A DNA stretch of 64,000 nt from Macrostomum lignano (lineage: Eukaryota), in NCBI GenBank assembly GCA_002269645.1, contig NIVC01000843.1, positions 62,001 to 126,000 of the forward strand, in the 5' to 3' direction. How positions within the stretch are numbered: position 1 is the stretch's first letter; each line of letters begins with the position of its first letter. The position numbers and the translations under genes are program-made. The notes below the pieces were generated by a model. That model made no database searches and had not been told where the DNA came from. It was given only the letters and a program-made list of their open reading frames with translations. Positions 1-11,992 of this stretch are shown one piece after another.

Positions 1-408
1 ATCTCCCCTGAGTTAATTGAGAGAATCTCCCCTGAGTTAATTGAGAGAATCTCCCCTGAGTTAATTGAGAGAATCTCCCCTGAGTTAATTGAGAGAATCT
101 CCCCTGAGTTAATTGAGAGAATCTCCCCTGAGTTAATTGAGAGAATCTCCCCTGAGTTAATTGAGAGAATCTCCCCTGAGTTAATTGAGAGAATCTCCCC
201 TGAGTTAATTGAGAGAATCTCCCCTGAGTTAATTGAGAGAATCTCCCCTGAGTTAATTGAGAGAATCTCCCCTGAGTTAATTGAGAGAATCTCCCCTGAG
301 TTAATTGAGAGAATCTCCCCTGAGTTAATTGAGAGAATCTCCCCTGAGTTAATTGAGAGAATCTCCCCTGAGTTAATTGAGTGAATCTCCCCTGAGTTAG
401 TTGAGAAA
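1..408. repeat. 24-bp minisatellite ATCTCCCCTGAGTTAATTGAGAGA (CMTR1 intron)
   Basis: About 17 near-perfect tandem copies; runs off the window start. Confidence 0.97.
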
Positions 409-610
409 ACCGCTGTTCTTCATGCTCTGCCTGAATCTCAATTGTGCCTGTATTTCTTCATCTGTTTGTTTCTTATGGTACGAGTACAAAGCAAGAATTT
501 TAGAACAGTGCACTAGGCACGTGTTACTCATACCTTGTTTGTAGAGTAGTGTCTTCATTACAGGGCATTGTGTTATTATGCCCAGGCTGTGTCTGGTGTT
601 TATCTACCTA

Positions 611-689
611 ATCTATATATCCACCTACATATCTATCTATCTATCTACATATCTATCTATCTATCTATCATTTTTCTATCTATCTATCC

Positions 690-738
<49 letters not shown>

Positions 739-752
739 ACATCTTTCTATCT
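611..752. repeat. (TATC)n microsatellite
   Basis: Direct reading. Confidence 0.95.
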
Positions 753-772
753 ATGCATCCCTCCCAAACCAG

Positions 773-3700
773 GTGGAAGGCCAGGAGAACATTCAAGAGA
801 TCCGCAGCAAGCAGCTTTACCTCTGCCAAGCCCTTACGGCTATGCTGGTACTTCGCTCCGGCGGCAGCTTCCTATGCAAACTATTCGACATCTTCACCGA
901 GTTTAGTGCCGGGCTCATGTACCTGCTTTACCTGGCGTTCGATCAGTTTGCCTTGTTCAAGCCCGCCACTAGTAGGCCAGCCAACTCAGAGCGCTACGTG
1001 ATCTGTCGAGGCTACCGCAAGCAGCAATCGGAGAGTATTGTGCAATACCTGCTGCTAGTTAATGCCGAAATTAATCTATTAAAAGTTGAAGCTGTGCATT
1101 TGCCGCAGTCCGAGAGGCAAGATGTTCAGGTGAGAGTTTTATAGTAAGAATTAGCTCAGGTGAGAGAAAATTAATTCATAAGGTGTAGCAGCAGCTCATC
1201 AAAGAGTTAATTAATTGATTAGGTGTAGCGGCGGCACATCAAAGAGCTAATTAAATCTTAGAGTGTAGCGGCGGCACATCAAAGAGCTAATTAAATCTTA
1301 GGGTGTAGCGGCGGCACATCAAAGAGCTAATTAAATCTTAGGGTGTAGCGGCGGCACATCAAAGAGTTAATTAATTTATTGGGTGTAGCGGCGGCACATC
1401 AAAGAGTTAATTAATTTATTGGGTGTAGCGGCGGCACATCAAAGAGCTAATTAAATCTTAGGGTGTAGCGGCGGCACATCAAAGAGCTAATTAAATCTTA
1501 GGGTGTAGCGGCGGCACATCAAAGAGTTAATTAATTTATTGGGTGTAGCGGCGGCACATCAAAGAACTCTATATTGAGTTAATTGGTGTAGCAACGGTAC
1601 TTTAAACGATCTTACTTTAAACGATCTAAAAGATCGTTTAAATTAACTGATTGAGTGTAGCGGCGGCACATCAAAGAGTTAATTAATTGATTGGGTGTAG
1701 CGGCGGCACATCAAAGAGTTTATTAACTGATTGGGTGTAGCGGCGGCACATCAAAGAGTTTAGGCCACTAAAAGATCATTTTAAATCCGTTCCCTACTAG
1801 GGCCTCGTTTCGCTGGACGTGCTCAAAGCTGACCGAGCATTTTCTGACTACTTGACCGAATCTAACGATACTCTTGGCCGAATGCAAATCGTTGGATTAT
1901 CCAAGATACATCATTTCTACGATAATCCAGGCATGAAGGTAAGTTAAAAGGATTAAGCGAATAAGTATTATTGTTTACAAATATTCAAACCCGAAGGTCT
2001 AATCTACTGATTGCAGGACACGAGACAAGAGGACACCCGCACAGAGTGCCTGCAGTTCTGGGGAATTCCGGACGAGAAGCGAGGAGAAAAAGTTTTAGGG
2101 AAAGAAAATCCAACGGTAGGGTTGACATCTTTGAGAATGCTGCTGCTGGGATTAGGGATTGGAGTGATGGGATTAGGGATGGCAGTGATGGGATTAAGGA
2201 TGGGAGTGATGGGATTAAGGATGAGAGTGATGGGATTAGGGATGGCAGTGATGGGATTAAGGATGGCAGTGATGGGATTAAGGATGGCAGTGATGGGATT
2301 AAGGATGAGAGTGATGGGATTAAGGATGAGAGTGATGGGATTAGGGATGGCAGTGATGGGATTAGGGATGGCAGTGATGGGATTAGGGATGACAGTGACG
2401 GGATTAAGGATGGGAGTGATGGGATTAAGGATGAGAGTGATGGGATTAGGGATGGCAGTGATGGGATTAAGGATGGGAGTGATGGGATTAAGGATGGCAG
2501 TGATGGGATTAAGGATGGGAGTGATGGGATTAAGGATGGGAGTGATGGGATTAAGGATGAGAGTGATGGGATTAAGGATGAGAGTGATGGGATTAGGGAT
2601 GGCAGTGATGGGATTAGGGACTGTACTAATGAATGAGATATGGCATTAAACTAGTTTAAATTGCATTCTCAGCAAGTTCGTTATTGTTTCCTATTTCAAG
2701 GTTCTCATCAGCCAGCTAATTGGCGAGGGAAACATGAGCAAACTGCTGCCCCCGGATGCCTCCAGTTCAGCCAAATCCGTCACTGCGGACAGCTTAGAGA
2801 AGAATCCCGATTTCTCACCGTACGAACAGCGAGCGATTGCTTGCGGAGAGGTTAACAAGGAAGTCATGCTGCTGTATTCGCGTGGAAATGGATCTGTTTT
2901 GGTCTACAAACCTGCCGAACGTGAGGCGTAAGTTATCTCTGAATTATTTCTGATCATCTCTGGTATAGCTTTCTGTCACTCTAAGATTGTGTCTAAAACT
3001 TCAGGTCACTCTTCTGGGATATTATCTAAGACATCTTGTCACTCTTAGTTCATACGTGAGACATTCTGTCACTCTAAGATCGTATCTAATCCTTATCTCT
3101 CTGAGATCGTATTTCGTATCTAATCCTTATTGTCACTCCGAGATCGTATCTAATCCAATTATTGTCACTCTGAGATCGTATCTAATCCAATTATTGTCAC
3201 TCTGATATCGTATCTAATCCTTATTGTCACTCTGAGATCACATCTAATCCTTATTGTCACTCTGAGATCATATATAATCAGTCTTGTCACTGATATCATA
3301 TCTAATCCTTATTGTCACTCTGAGATCACATCTAATCCTTATTGTCACTCTGAGATCATATATAATCAGTCTTGTCACTCTCAGTCTGATAAGTCTAATA
3401 AAAAGCCAACTTCAATAACTCAGCTGGACCGCACCGGACTCAAAATCGGCTGCTCAACGAGCCCCAATTCCTCGGGAAACTCTGCTACTTGCATTAAGCG
3501 TGTCCCAGCTGAAGCCGCCCAGCTACAAGCTTCGAGTTGCCTGCCTACAAATACTCGATTGTCCAATTTTGCAAGGCCAAAACCTGACTGACAAGCCGCT
3601 ATCAGATCGGCTAGCCTGTATTCGACAGCTGTGTTATTGTGCGAATTTTGAGCGAGTACCGTTGCGATCCAGGCTGCAACCGCCGGTGATCTTTCCCGTG

Positions 3701-4367
3701 TACGAGCTGCCGTCCGATTCGGCAGACAGTTTCAAGAAGCTGGTGCAAGTTCAAAAGATCAAAGGATCTGTTAAACCAATGCCAATGCTGAAACAGGAGG
3801 ATGGGTATCTGTTTGCTATCAAAGGATTGTACCTCTTTCGTGTTACAAGGTAAGTTTTGGTATAGAAATGAGATTGGAAATCCAATGGTGTAGAGTCCAT
3901 TGCTAAAGCTAATCCTAAATCTCTAAATGATGTAAAATCCATCTCTAAATGATGTAAAATCCATCTCTAAATGATGTAAAGTCCATCTTTATTTTATGTA
4001 AAATCCTTCCCTAATTAATGCTAATCCATCTCTAATTGATGTAAAATCCATTTCCAAATGCAAAGCCTGTCGCTAAATGATGTAAAGCATTCTCCTATAA
4101 ATTTTCTTAATTCACTTACCCATCAACCACCCGCGCAGGGATCCCTGGCGATTGACAATGTCTCAGAAGGCCAACAAGCTCTATTATTTCCACAAGGAGG
4201 GCAAAGCGCTAACGTGTTTCGAGTCAAGGCCAGAGTTTTTGCCAAATTATCGTCAACAAGTTGAGAGCATGATGTGGGTTGATTACGAGTCTGCTAACGA
4301 CAAAGAACTCGATGTGAAACGTCTGTTGCAATTGGTTGATAAGAAGCTTAACAGTAAAAGGAATTAA
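773..4367 (+). CDS. CMTR1: Cap-specific mRNA (nucleoside-2'-O-)-methyltransferase 1, 3' part (5' exons lie outside the window)
   Basis: Exons 773-1129, 1801-1938, 2017-2115, 2701-2927, 3424-3849, 4139-4367, all AG/GT-bounded and phase-compatible. Peptides [19 protein letters not shown]...KLFDIF...[18 protein letters not shown] (RrmJ/FtsJ-type MTase), [19 protein letters not shown]...QILD (guanylyltransferase-like) and [18 protein letters not shown] (WW-like) match the CMTR1 domain order. Confidence 0.93.
1183..1760. repeat. 40-bp minisatellite GGGTGTAGCGGCGGCACATCAAAGAGCTAATTAAATCTTA
   Basis: Tandem copies with variants, interrupted around 1570-1650. Confidence 0.95.
2148..2619. repeat. 21-bp minisatellite GGGATTAAGGATGGCAGTGAT
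   Basis: Tandem copies; source of spurious ORFs 1971-2636 and 2011-2649. Confidence 0.96.
2974..3381. repeat. About 30-bp minisatellite TGTCACTCTGAGATCATATCTAATCCTTAT
   Basis: Degenerate tandem copies. Confidence 0.9.
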
Positions 4368-4640
4368 GCTACTTTCAACGATTTTACATTCTGTTAGTTT
4401 TTTATGCCCAGTTATCTAATAGAAATTAGAATTAATAAGTACTTGTAGTTAAAAAATCTTGACTGTGGTAATTGGTGCGTGTATATCTATGTATCTAACA
4501 AATATTTGTTCTCATTAAAGCATTTTCTAACACAAACTAGCTTAGGTTTTTACCCCAGAATAGTTAATAGTCTTTTTGCATTCTCGTCACTTTAAAAGTA
4601 CACTTTAGTCCCAATTCAACCAACCGGCGTCCTGTAAACG

Positions 4641-4976
4641 GTTGCAATAAAAGTACATTTTGTCCCAACGAGCCTCCTATATAGGTTGCAATAAAAGTAC
4701 ATTCTGTCCCAACGAGCCTCCTATATAGGTTGCAATAAAAGTACATTCTGTCCCAGCGAGCTTCCTATATAGGTTGCAATAAAAGTACATTCTGTCCCAA
4801 CGAGCCTCCTATATAGGTTGCAATAAAAGTACATTCTGTCCCAACGAGCCTCCTATATAGGTTGCAATAAAAGTACATTCTGTCCCAGCGAGCCTCCTAT
4901 ATAGGTTGCAATAAAAGTACATTCTGTCCCAGCGAGCCTCCTATATAGGTTGCAATAAAAGTACATTCTGTCCCAG
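4641..4976. repeat. 44-bp minisatellite GTTGCAATAAAAGTACATTCTGTCCCAACGAGCCTCCTATATAG
   Basis: About 7-8 copies downstream of the CMTR1 stop; each unit contains AATAAA. Confidence 0.95.
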
Positions 4977-5640
4977 AGATCCTCCTACTAGGGCTCTCCC
5001 AAAATTAATGTTACTTTTCATTATGTCTCTCATTCTGATGATCCAAATAACATCATTTTGCACAATTTTATAGCGGCAACTCTCTTCTTCATATTAGCTC
5101 TAACATTTTTAAAATCAGAGAATGGAAACAAAAGTTACAAACTCAAACGTAGCAGGAGCTCGACCATAGACCTACTGTAAGTTATGTCGATTCCAATTTC
5201 TCTATTTCTTAAAGTACAGTTTAGAGCTAGGGCTTTCTTAGAAATCGTTATTCATCCCATAAATGTAATTTGTGTATTATATCACTGCTTACAATTTGTT
5301 TCCTTGCTTTCGCTCATTGATAGTTAAGTCTCTAAATTATTAAAACTGAATAATTCCACAAATTTGCCATGATCCTGTTTCAAAATTTTTTAAAACGCAT
5401 CCTGTTGTTGTCAAATAATTATCATGTATCTGTGTGCTTTCACTGCACACTTTCATTTGTTCGTGTGACATTACATTGATGACCGTGTGAATTCTAGTGT
5501 GAATTCAGCTTTGCTGAATGAGCTAAGCGTCTTTTTTCTCTTTTCAGACTCTAATTGTACTTGGAGACTTACTTTTTTACATTACAGCGTGTATCAAATA
5601 CTGTATTATCACAAACTCCAGATCTTTTTCTGCCCTCAAG

Positions 5641-6240
5641 TCCCCATCCAGTGCCTACACTCTCCACCCTCCAGTCCCTACACTCTCCACCCTCCAGTCC
5701 CTACACTCTCCACCCTCTAGTCCCTACCCTCCCAACCCTCCAGTTCCTACCCTCTCCAGTCCCTACCCTCCCCACCCTCCAGTCCGTATCCTCCCTACCC
5801 TTCAGTCCCTACCCTCACACCCTACAGTCCCTACCCTCCACACCCTCCAGTCCCTACCCTCCACACCCTCCAGTCCCTACCCTTCCCCACCCTCTAGGCC
5901 CTACCCTACCCATCCTCCAGTCCCTACCCTCCACACCCTCCAGTCCCTATCCTCCCCACCCTTCAGTCCCTACCCTCCACAACCTCCAGTCCCTACCCTC
6001 CCTACCCTCCAGTCCCTACCCTCCCACCCTCCAGTCCCTACCCTCCCCACCCTTCAGTCCCTATCCTCCCCACCCTTCAGTCCCTACCCTCCACACCCTC
6101 CAGTCCCTACCCTCCCTACCCTCCAGTCCCTACCCTCCCCACCCTCCAGTCCCTACCCTCCCCACCCTTCAGTCCCTACCCTCCACACCCTCCAGTTCCT
6201 ACCCTCCCCACCCTTCAGTCCCTACCCTCCCCACCCTCTA
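5641..6240. repeat. C-rich 21-24-bp minisatellite (CCCTCCAGTCCCTACCCTCCCCA)
   Basis: Strong strand asymmetry; source of ORF 5555-6241. Confidence 0.93.
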
Positions 6241-6375
6241 GGCCCCTGCCATCTGTTGCTGCCAACGTCAAATCTGAACTCCGCAACAATTAATTAGGAA
6301 TCATATAAATGTCATTTGGTTCGCCCATATTTAACAACTGCTGCCCAGTCGCAGCCCAGTCGCTGATAAAATAAC

Positions 6376-9300
6376 ATGCCAAACGAAGGCAATCCGCCAG
6401 AAGATCTGCCCCAGCCAGACGATGGCACCCGGCCTGTGTTGCGCGAGCACTACCGTCCACCTCGAGGCGATCAAGAGCCCGACCAATTCAGAGCCCGCCT
6501 GCAAGCCGTTGCTGAGGAGGGCGGCTTTCCATTGGATCGTCTGCCTGGCCGACTGCTAATTCCTCAATACGATATCGTTATTGTCGGCGATCGGTATAAC
6601 GATCTGGCAGACATGGAATCGCTGCGCAGTCTGCTGCAGGAAATCCGCTTCGATGATAACACTGCGCCTAGGGTTCTGGTTAATGAGCCGCTGGCTGGCG
6701 AATCCGTGAGCATTAGGGATGGCGATTAGGGAGATATATAGTTAGAAAGACTTAAGGATTAGAAAGAGAATGAGGATTAGGGAGAGGTGGGGATCAGTGA
6801 GATTGGGATTAGGGAGAAATAGGAATTAGGGAGAGATAGGGATTAGAGAGAGATGGGATTAGAGAGAGGAGTTGCGATTAGAGAGAGATTGGGATTAGGG
6901 ATAGATGGGGATTAGGGAGATATAGGGATTAGAGATAGGAGATAGTGATTATAGAGATGAGGATTAGGGAGAGATAGGGATTAAGGAAAGATGAGGATTA
7001 GAGAAATATAGGGATTAAGGAGAGATGGGGATTAGGGAGAGATGGGGATTTGCGAGAGAAAGAGTGAGAAGTGTTACATAGGAAAAAGGTCAGTAAATAC
7101 TCGCTAATGAGTAGACTATTATGTGTATTTTCCTTTGTTAAAATTCTCAGCCGAAATCTATCCACTTGTCGCGCTTCTCCCTCCCTCCTTAATCCGCAGG
7201 CCAGCTACCTCTCCTGGCTCAACTCCGCCAACATTCGCAGCACGTTTGTATTCATCTACGTGACAAACGAATTCTTGCGGAACTCCGAGCGACTTCGCTA
7301 CATCGAAGAGCTGTACAATGAGAGCGTCTCGGGATCAGCTGATCGGCGCAATCGCATTGTGCCCGTGTTCGCTCCCGGAGTCGATGTGCACAGCATAGAG
7401 GAAATGTCCATTCCCGAGGCTGCTCTGTTTAGAAACCTGAGAGGCATGCGCCTTGAGATGGATCCGATGACTCGTCAGCTGAGATTGCGGTCTGGAGAGG
7501 TAAGAGCTGCGTCACTATGTAACATTAAAACTGATTGATCCCGATTCTGAAGTAATCGGTCCCGATTCTGAAGTAATTGGTCCCGATTCTAAAGTAATTG
7601 GTCCCGATTCTGAAGTGATTGGTCCCGATTCTAAAGTAATTGATCCCGATTCTGAAGTAATTGATCCCGATTCTAAAGTAATCGGTCCCGATCCTGAAGT
7701 AATTGGTCCCGATTCTGAAGTAATTGGTCTCGATTCTGAAGTAATTGGTCCCGATCCTGAAGTAATTGGTCCCGATCCTGAAGTAATTGGTCCCGATTCT
7801 GAAGTAATTGGTCTCGATTCTGAAGTAATTGGTCCCGATCCTGAAGTAATTGGTCCCGATTCTGAAGTAATTGGTCTCGATTCTGAAGTAATTGGTCCCG
7901 ATTCTAAAGTAATTGATCCCGATTCTGAAGTAATTGGTCCCGATTCTGAAGTAATTGGTCGGGGGGCCGTAGCCCAGCGGTAGCGCAGCTGCTCTGGTGT
8001 GCCAGCGACCCAGGCTCGATTCCAAGTGCAGCCACATTAATTTGGGGCTGAATTGGCATTTCGGCTTGGCTCGCTTGTGCAATTAACGGCCTTGAGAGCC
8101 AACCCCCCAAGGCGCAGTGAAGTGTACATGCCTAACAATTAATAAATTTAGGGCCGCTGTACACTCCTGTGTGAGTGTGTGCCTGCGTAACGTATCCGCG
8201 CGCTTGTATGCCTGCTCAGGGGAGTCGGCGGAATGGGCAGTAATGCCTCTCGCCGGTTGTGTGCCTATGTCGCCTAAAGTGCGCCAGGGTGCACACAACC
8301 CCCCTGCCTCTAATAATAAAAAAGTAATTGGTCCCGATTATAAAGTAATTGGTCCCGATTCTGAAGTAATTGGTCCCGATTCTAAAGTAATTGGTCCCGA
8401 TTCTGAAGTATTTGGTCCCGATTCTGAAGTATTTGATCCCGATTCTGAAGTAATTGATCCCGATTCTGAAGTAATTGGTCCCGATTCTGAAGTAATCGGT
8501 CCCGATCCTGAAGTAATTGGTCCCGATTCTGAAGTAATTGGTCTCGATTCTGAAGTAATTGGTCCCGATTCTGAAGTAATTGGTCTCGATTCTGAAGTAA
8601 TTGATCCCGATTCTAAAGTAATTGATCCTGATTCTGAAGTATTTGATCCCGATTCTGAAGTAATTGGTCCCGATCCTAAAGTAATTGGTCCCGATCCTGA
8701 AGTAATTGGTCCCGATTCTAAAGTAATTGATCCCGATTCTGAAGTAATTGGTCGCGATTCTAAAGTAATTGGTCCCGATTCTGAAGTAATTGGTCCCGAT
8801 CCTGAAGTAATTGGTCCCGATTCTAAAGTAATTGATCCCGATTCTGAAGTAATTGGTCCCGATTCTAAAGTAATTGATCCCGATTCTGAAGTAATTGATC
8901 CCGATTCTGAAGTAATTGGTCCCGATCCTAAAGTAATTGGTCCCGATTCTGAAGTAATTGGCCCCGATTCTAAAGTAATTGGTCCCGATTCTAAAGTAAT
9001 TGATCCCGATTCTGAAGTAATTGGTCCCGATTCTGAAGTAATTGATCCCGATTCTGAAGTAATTGATCCCGATTCTGAAGTAATTGATCCCGATTCTGAA
9101 GTAATTGATCCCGATTCTGAAGTAATTGATCCCGATTCTAAAGTAATTGATCCCGATTCTGAACTAATTGGTCCCGATTCTGAAGTAATTGATCCCGATT
9201 CTGAAGTAATTGATCCCGATTCTGAAGTAATTGATCCCGATTCTGAAGTAATTGATCCCGATTCTGAAGTAATTGGTCCCGATCCTAAAGTAATTGGTCC

Positions 9301-10787
9301 CGATTCTGAAGTAATTGGCCCCGATTCTAAAGTAATTGGTCCCGATTCTGAAGTATTTGATCCCGATTCTGAAGTAATTGGTCCCGATTCTAAAGTAATT
9401 GGTCCCGATTCTGAAGTAATTAATCCCGATTCTAAAGTAATTGATTCCGATTCTGAAGTAATTGGTCCCGATTCTAAAATAATTGATTCCGATTCTGAAG
9501 TAATTGGTCCCGATTCTGAAGTAATTGATCCCGATTCTGAAGTAATTGGTCCCGATTCTGAAGTAATTGATCCCGATTCTGAAGTAATTGATCCCGATTC
9601 TGAAGTAATTGATCCCGATTCTGAAGTAATTGATTCCGATTCTGAAGTAATTGATCCCGATTCTAAAGTAATTGGTCCGATTCTGAAGTAATTGGTCCCG
9701 ATTCTAAAGTAATTGGTCCCGATCCTAAAGTAATTGGTCCGATTCTGAAGTAATTGAGCTTGATCCTAAAGTAATTGGTCCCGATTCTGAAGTAATTGAT
9801 TCCGATTCTGAAGTAATTGATCCCAATCATGAAGTAATTGAACCCGATTCTAAAGTGATCCATCCCTTTCCTGAAGTGATCCATCCCTTTCCTGAAGTGA
9901 TCCATCCCTTTCCTGAAGTGATCCATCCCTTTCCTGAAGTGATCCATCCCTTTTCTGAAGTGATCCATCCTATCCTGAAGTGATCCATCCCTATCGATCC
10001 TGAAGTGATCCATTCTGATCCGATCCTAAAAAATTGATTGCAATCCTGAAGGAACTGGTTTCAGTGTTAATAGAACCATCCCCATCGTGAATACAGCCAT
10101 CTCAGCTATGCAGGCATCGTGAACAATGTCCCTTATTCCCAACAGCTGGGCCAGGTGCGCCAGCTGCTGCGCACCCGCCTCAACCAGCGCCGCAGTCGGG
10201 AGAACGTCCAGATCGAACAGGTTCGAGATGAAATCGCCCGGGCCAACAACCGCGAAGGCGCCCGCCTCATCGACCAGCTGGCCAGCTTCTTCGCCCAACG
10301 GATGCGCCTATCCGAAGAGGATGTGAAACGCTTGCGAGCCCCATTGGACGCTGTGCTGCAACACCACGGCGAGCCGCTGCCGTCAACTGAGCAGCGGACC
10401 ACTCTGCAGCCGCAAGAAGTTAGCAGCCAGCAGACTCCGTTGGATTCTGGTCACGCTACTATGGCTACTGTTAGTAGGGGCAATTCTCAAGTAGATATGC
10501 AGCAGACGTCTCAGCAGTCCATCCAGCAGCCGCGCCAGCAACCTCTCCAGCAACCGCAAGCTGCCGCCGCCGCCCAACAGGTGGTTAATAATCCGGAAAA
10601 TGTTCAAGTTGGCAGCGCTAATCAGCTGTCAGTTCGAGGTCAAACTGTTCACGTACACGTCACCTATGTGCAGCAGTTTGTAGCGGGCGCTACCGAGGCG
10701 CATCAGCATGCTCAAGGCGGCGAAGATGCTGAAGGAGCTCAGGGCGGCGGCGGAGTCGGAACCGGCGGAAACTATCGACAGGCTTGA
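6376..10787 (+). CDS. TIR-domain protein with Gln-rich tail and C-terminal RHIM motif (TRIF/TICAM-like adaptor architecture), about 447 aa
   Basis: Exon 1 6376-6705 (ATG preceded by in-frame TGA TAA; donor GTGAGC), exon 2 7200-7499 (CCGCAG acceptor, GTAAGA donor), exon 3 about 10074-10787 (only phase-0 acceptor found; uncertain). TIR-like pattern: YDIVIVG (betaA), RSTFVFIYVTNEFL (betaC), EELYNESV (alphaC), NRIVPVF (betaD), LFRNLRGMRL. RHIM-like VVNNPENVQVGSANQLSVRG at 10581-10640. Family assignment is by pattern recognition. Confidence 0.75.
6726..7050. repeat. GA-rich degenerate repeat (GGGATTAGGGAGAGAT)
   Basis: Intron 1 of the TIR gene. Confidence 0.88.
7535..10021. repeat. 21-bp minisatellite GAAGTAATTGGTCCCGATTCT, interrupted by a SINE and ending in variant unit GTGATCCATCCCTTTCCTGAA
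   Basis: Intron 2 of the TIR gene; source of the VIGPDSE-repeat ORFs. Confidence 0.97.
7961..8321 (+). mobile_element. tRNA-derived SINE, family 1, apparently full length
   Basis: tRNA-like head with A-box TAGCCCAGCGG and B-box GGCTCGATTCC; (TAA)nA tail; flanked by AAGTAATTGGTC at 7949-7960 and 8322-8333. A second copy lies at 44575-44790. Confidence 0.85.
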
Positions 10788-10947
10788 ATAAGTTTGACTT
10801 TTCTCTGTGTAGCATAGCAATGTCAGGTTTCCTTTATTCAGCTTGCTTATGATTTTGTTATTGATGTTAGTGGCAACAAGTCTGCATTGACTCTGTGTTC
10901 ACTTTTTATGATCAGGTGGGGTCGATTAGATAGGTGGGATTGATTCA

Positions 10948-11370
10948 ATAGATGGGATTGGTCAGGTAAGAATCAGATAGGATTGGTCAGGTGGGATTGG
11001 TCAGGTGAGATTGGTCAGGTGGGATTGATCAGGTGGGATTGGTCAGTTGGGATTGGTCAGGTGGGATTGGTCAGGTGGGATTAATCAGGTGGGATTGATC
11101 AGGTGGGATTAATCAGGTGGGATTAATCAGGTGGGATTAATCAGGTGGGATTAATCAGGTGGGATTGATCAGGTGGGATTAATCAGGTGGGATTGGTCAG
11201 GTGGGATTAATCAGGTGGGATTGATAAGGTCGGATTAATCAGGTGGGATTGGTCATGTGGGATTAATCAGGTGGGATTAATCAGGTGGGATTGATCAGGT
11301 GGGATTGGTCAGGTGGGATTAATCAGGTGGATTGATCAGGTGGGATTAATCAGGTGGGAATCAGATGGGA
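10948..11370. repeat. 14-bp minisatellite CAGGTGGGATTAAT
   Basis: Direct reading. Confidence 0.95.
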
Positions 11371-11992
11371 TTAGCTAGTACATCTGATAATAAGACAGTG
11401 GATTGCACAGTATCAGTTGCTACAAATCCTCCATCGACCAATTATTATTTATCATGTTAAAAGTACAATAATACGTTTAGGTAATCTGTTATTGATTTTA
11501 ACGCCGTTGCATTACGAGTATCGTATCTATCTTGTTTTCATTGAAAAAAAATTGTGAAAACTAACTCATATTTAATGCTGGTTGCCTGATGACTACTTTT
11601 AATCTGAAAACTGTTAACATTCTAATGATATTTGGCGATTATTAGTCTGGCCATTATATCCTTTGAGATTTTTTGAACTTTGCCTTAAATATCATGTGAA
11701 TTGCGCCCATTATAGCCAAACTATTTGAATTCTTGTTGTCTAGATGTCTTTATGCCGTTTTAAACTCCTTATCAAAACAAATGTTTCCCACTATCCCGTG
11801 AATAAAATGACGCAAGAAATTTGGACGGTAATTAGAATTTAATGAAATTAGAAAAAAATAAGCAAAACGCTGCTAACTTTGTTTTATTCAGCATGCAAAT
11901 ATTTTACGTGAAAAAGTATTTGTTTGAGTTTGTGTTCCTTCCTGTACTTTATGTGACATTATCAGGTTTTGTACAATCGTACATTGCCGCCT

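Noticed and set aside
1-408. CRISPR-like regular repeats (also 29366-30138 and other arrays)
   Set aside because: Head-to-tail units with no unique spacers, no cas genes, and a spliceosomal eukaryotic context.
4977-5065. Degenerate copy of CMTR1 exon 1801-1938
   Set aside because: Similarity is limited to CCTACTAGGGC and a short ACATCATTT patch; too weak to support.
7961-8035. tRNA gene
   Set aside because: A and B boxes are present but there is no convincing cloverleaf, and it continues into a SINE body that has a second copy elsewhere.
7525-10013. Long ORFs such as 8117-9691 (VIGPDSE repeats) as repetitive proteins
   Set aside because: They are translations of a 21-bp intronic minisatellite that is open in several frames and on both strands, inside intron 2 of the TIR gene.
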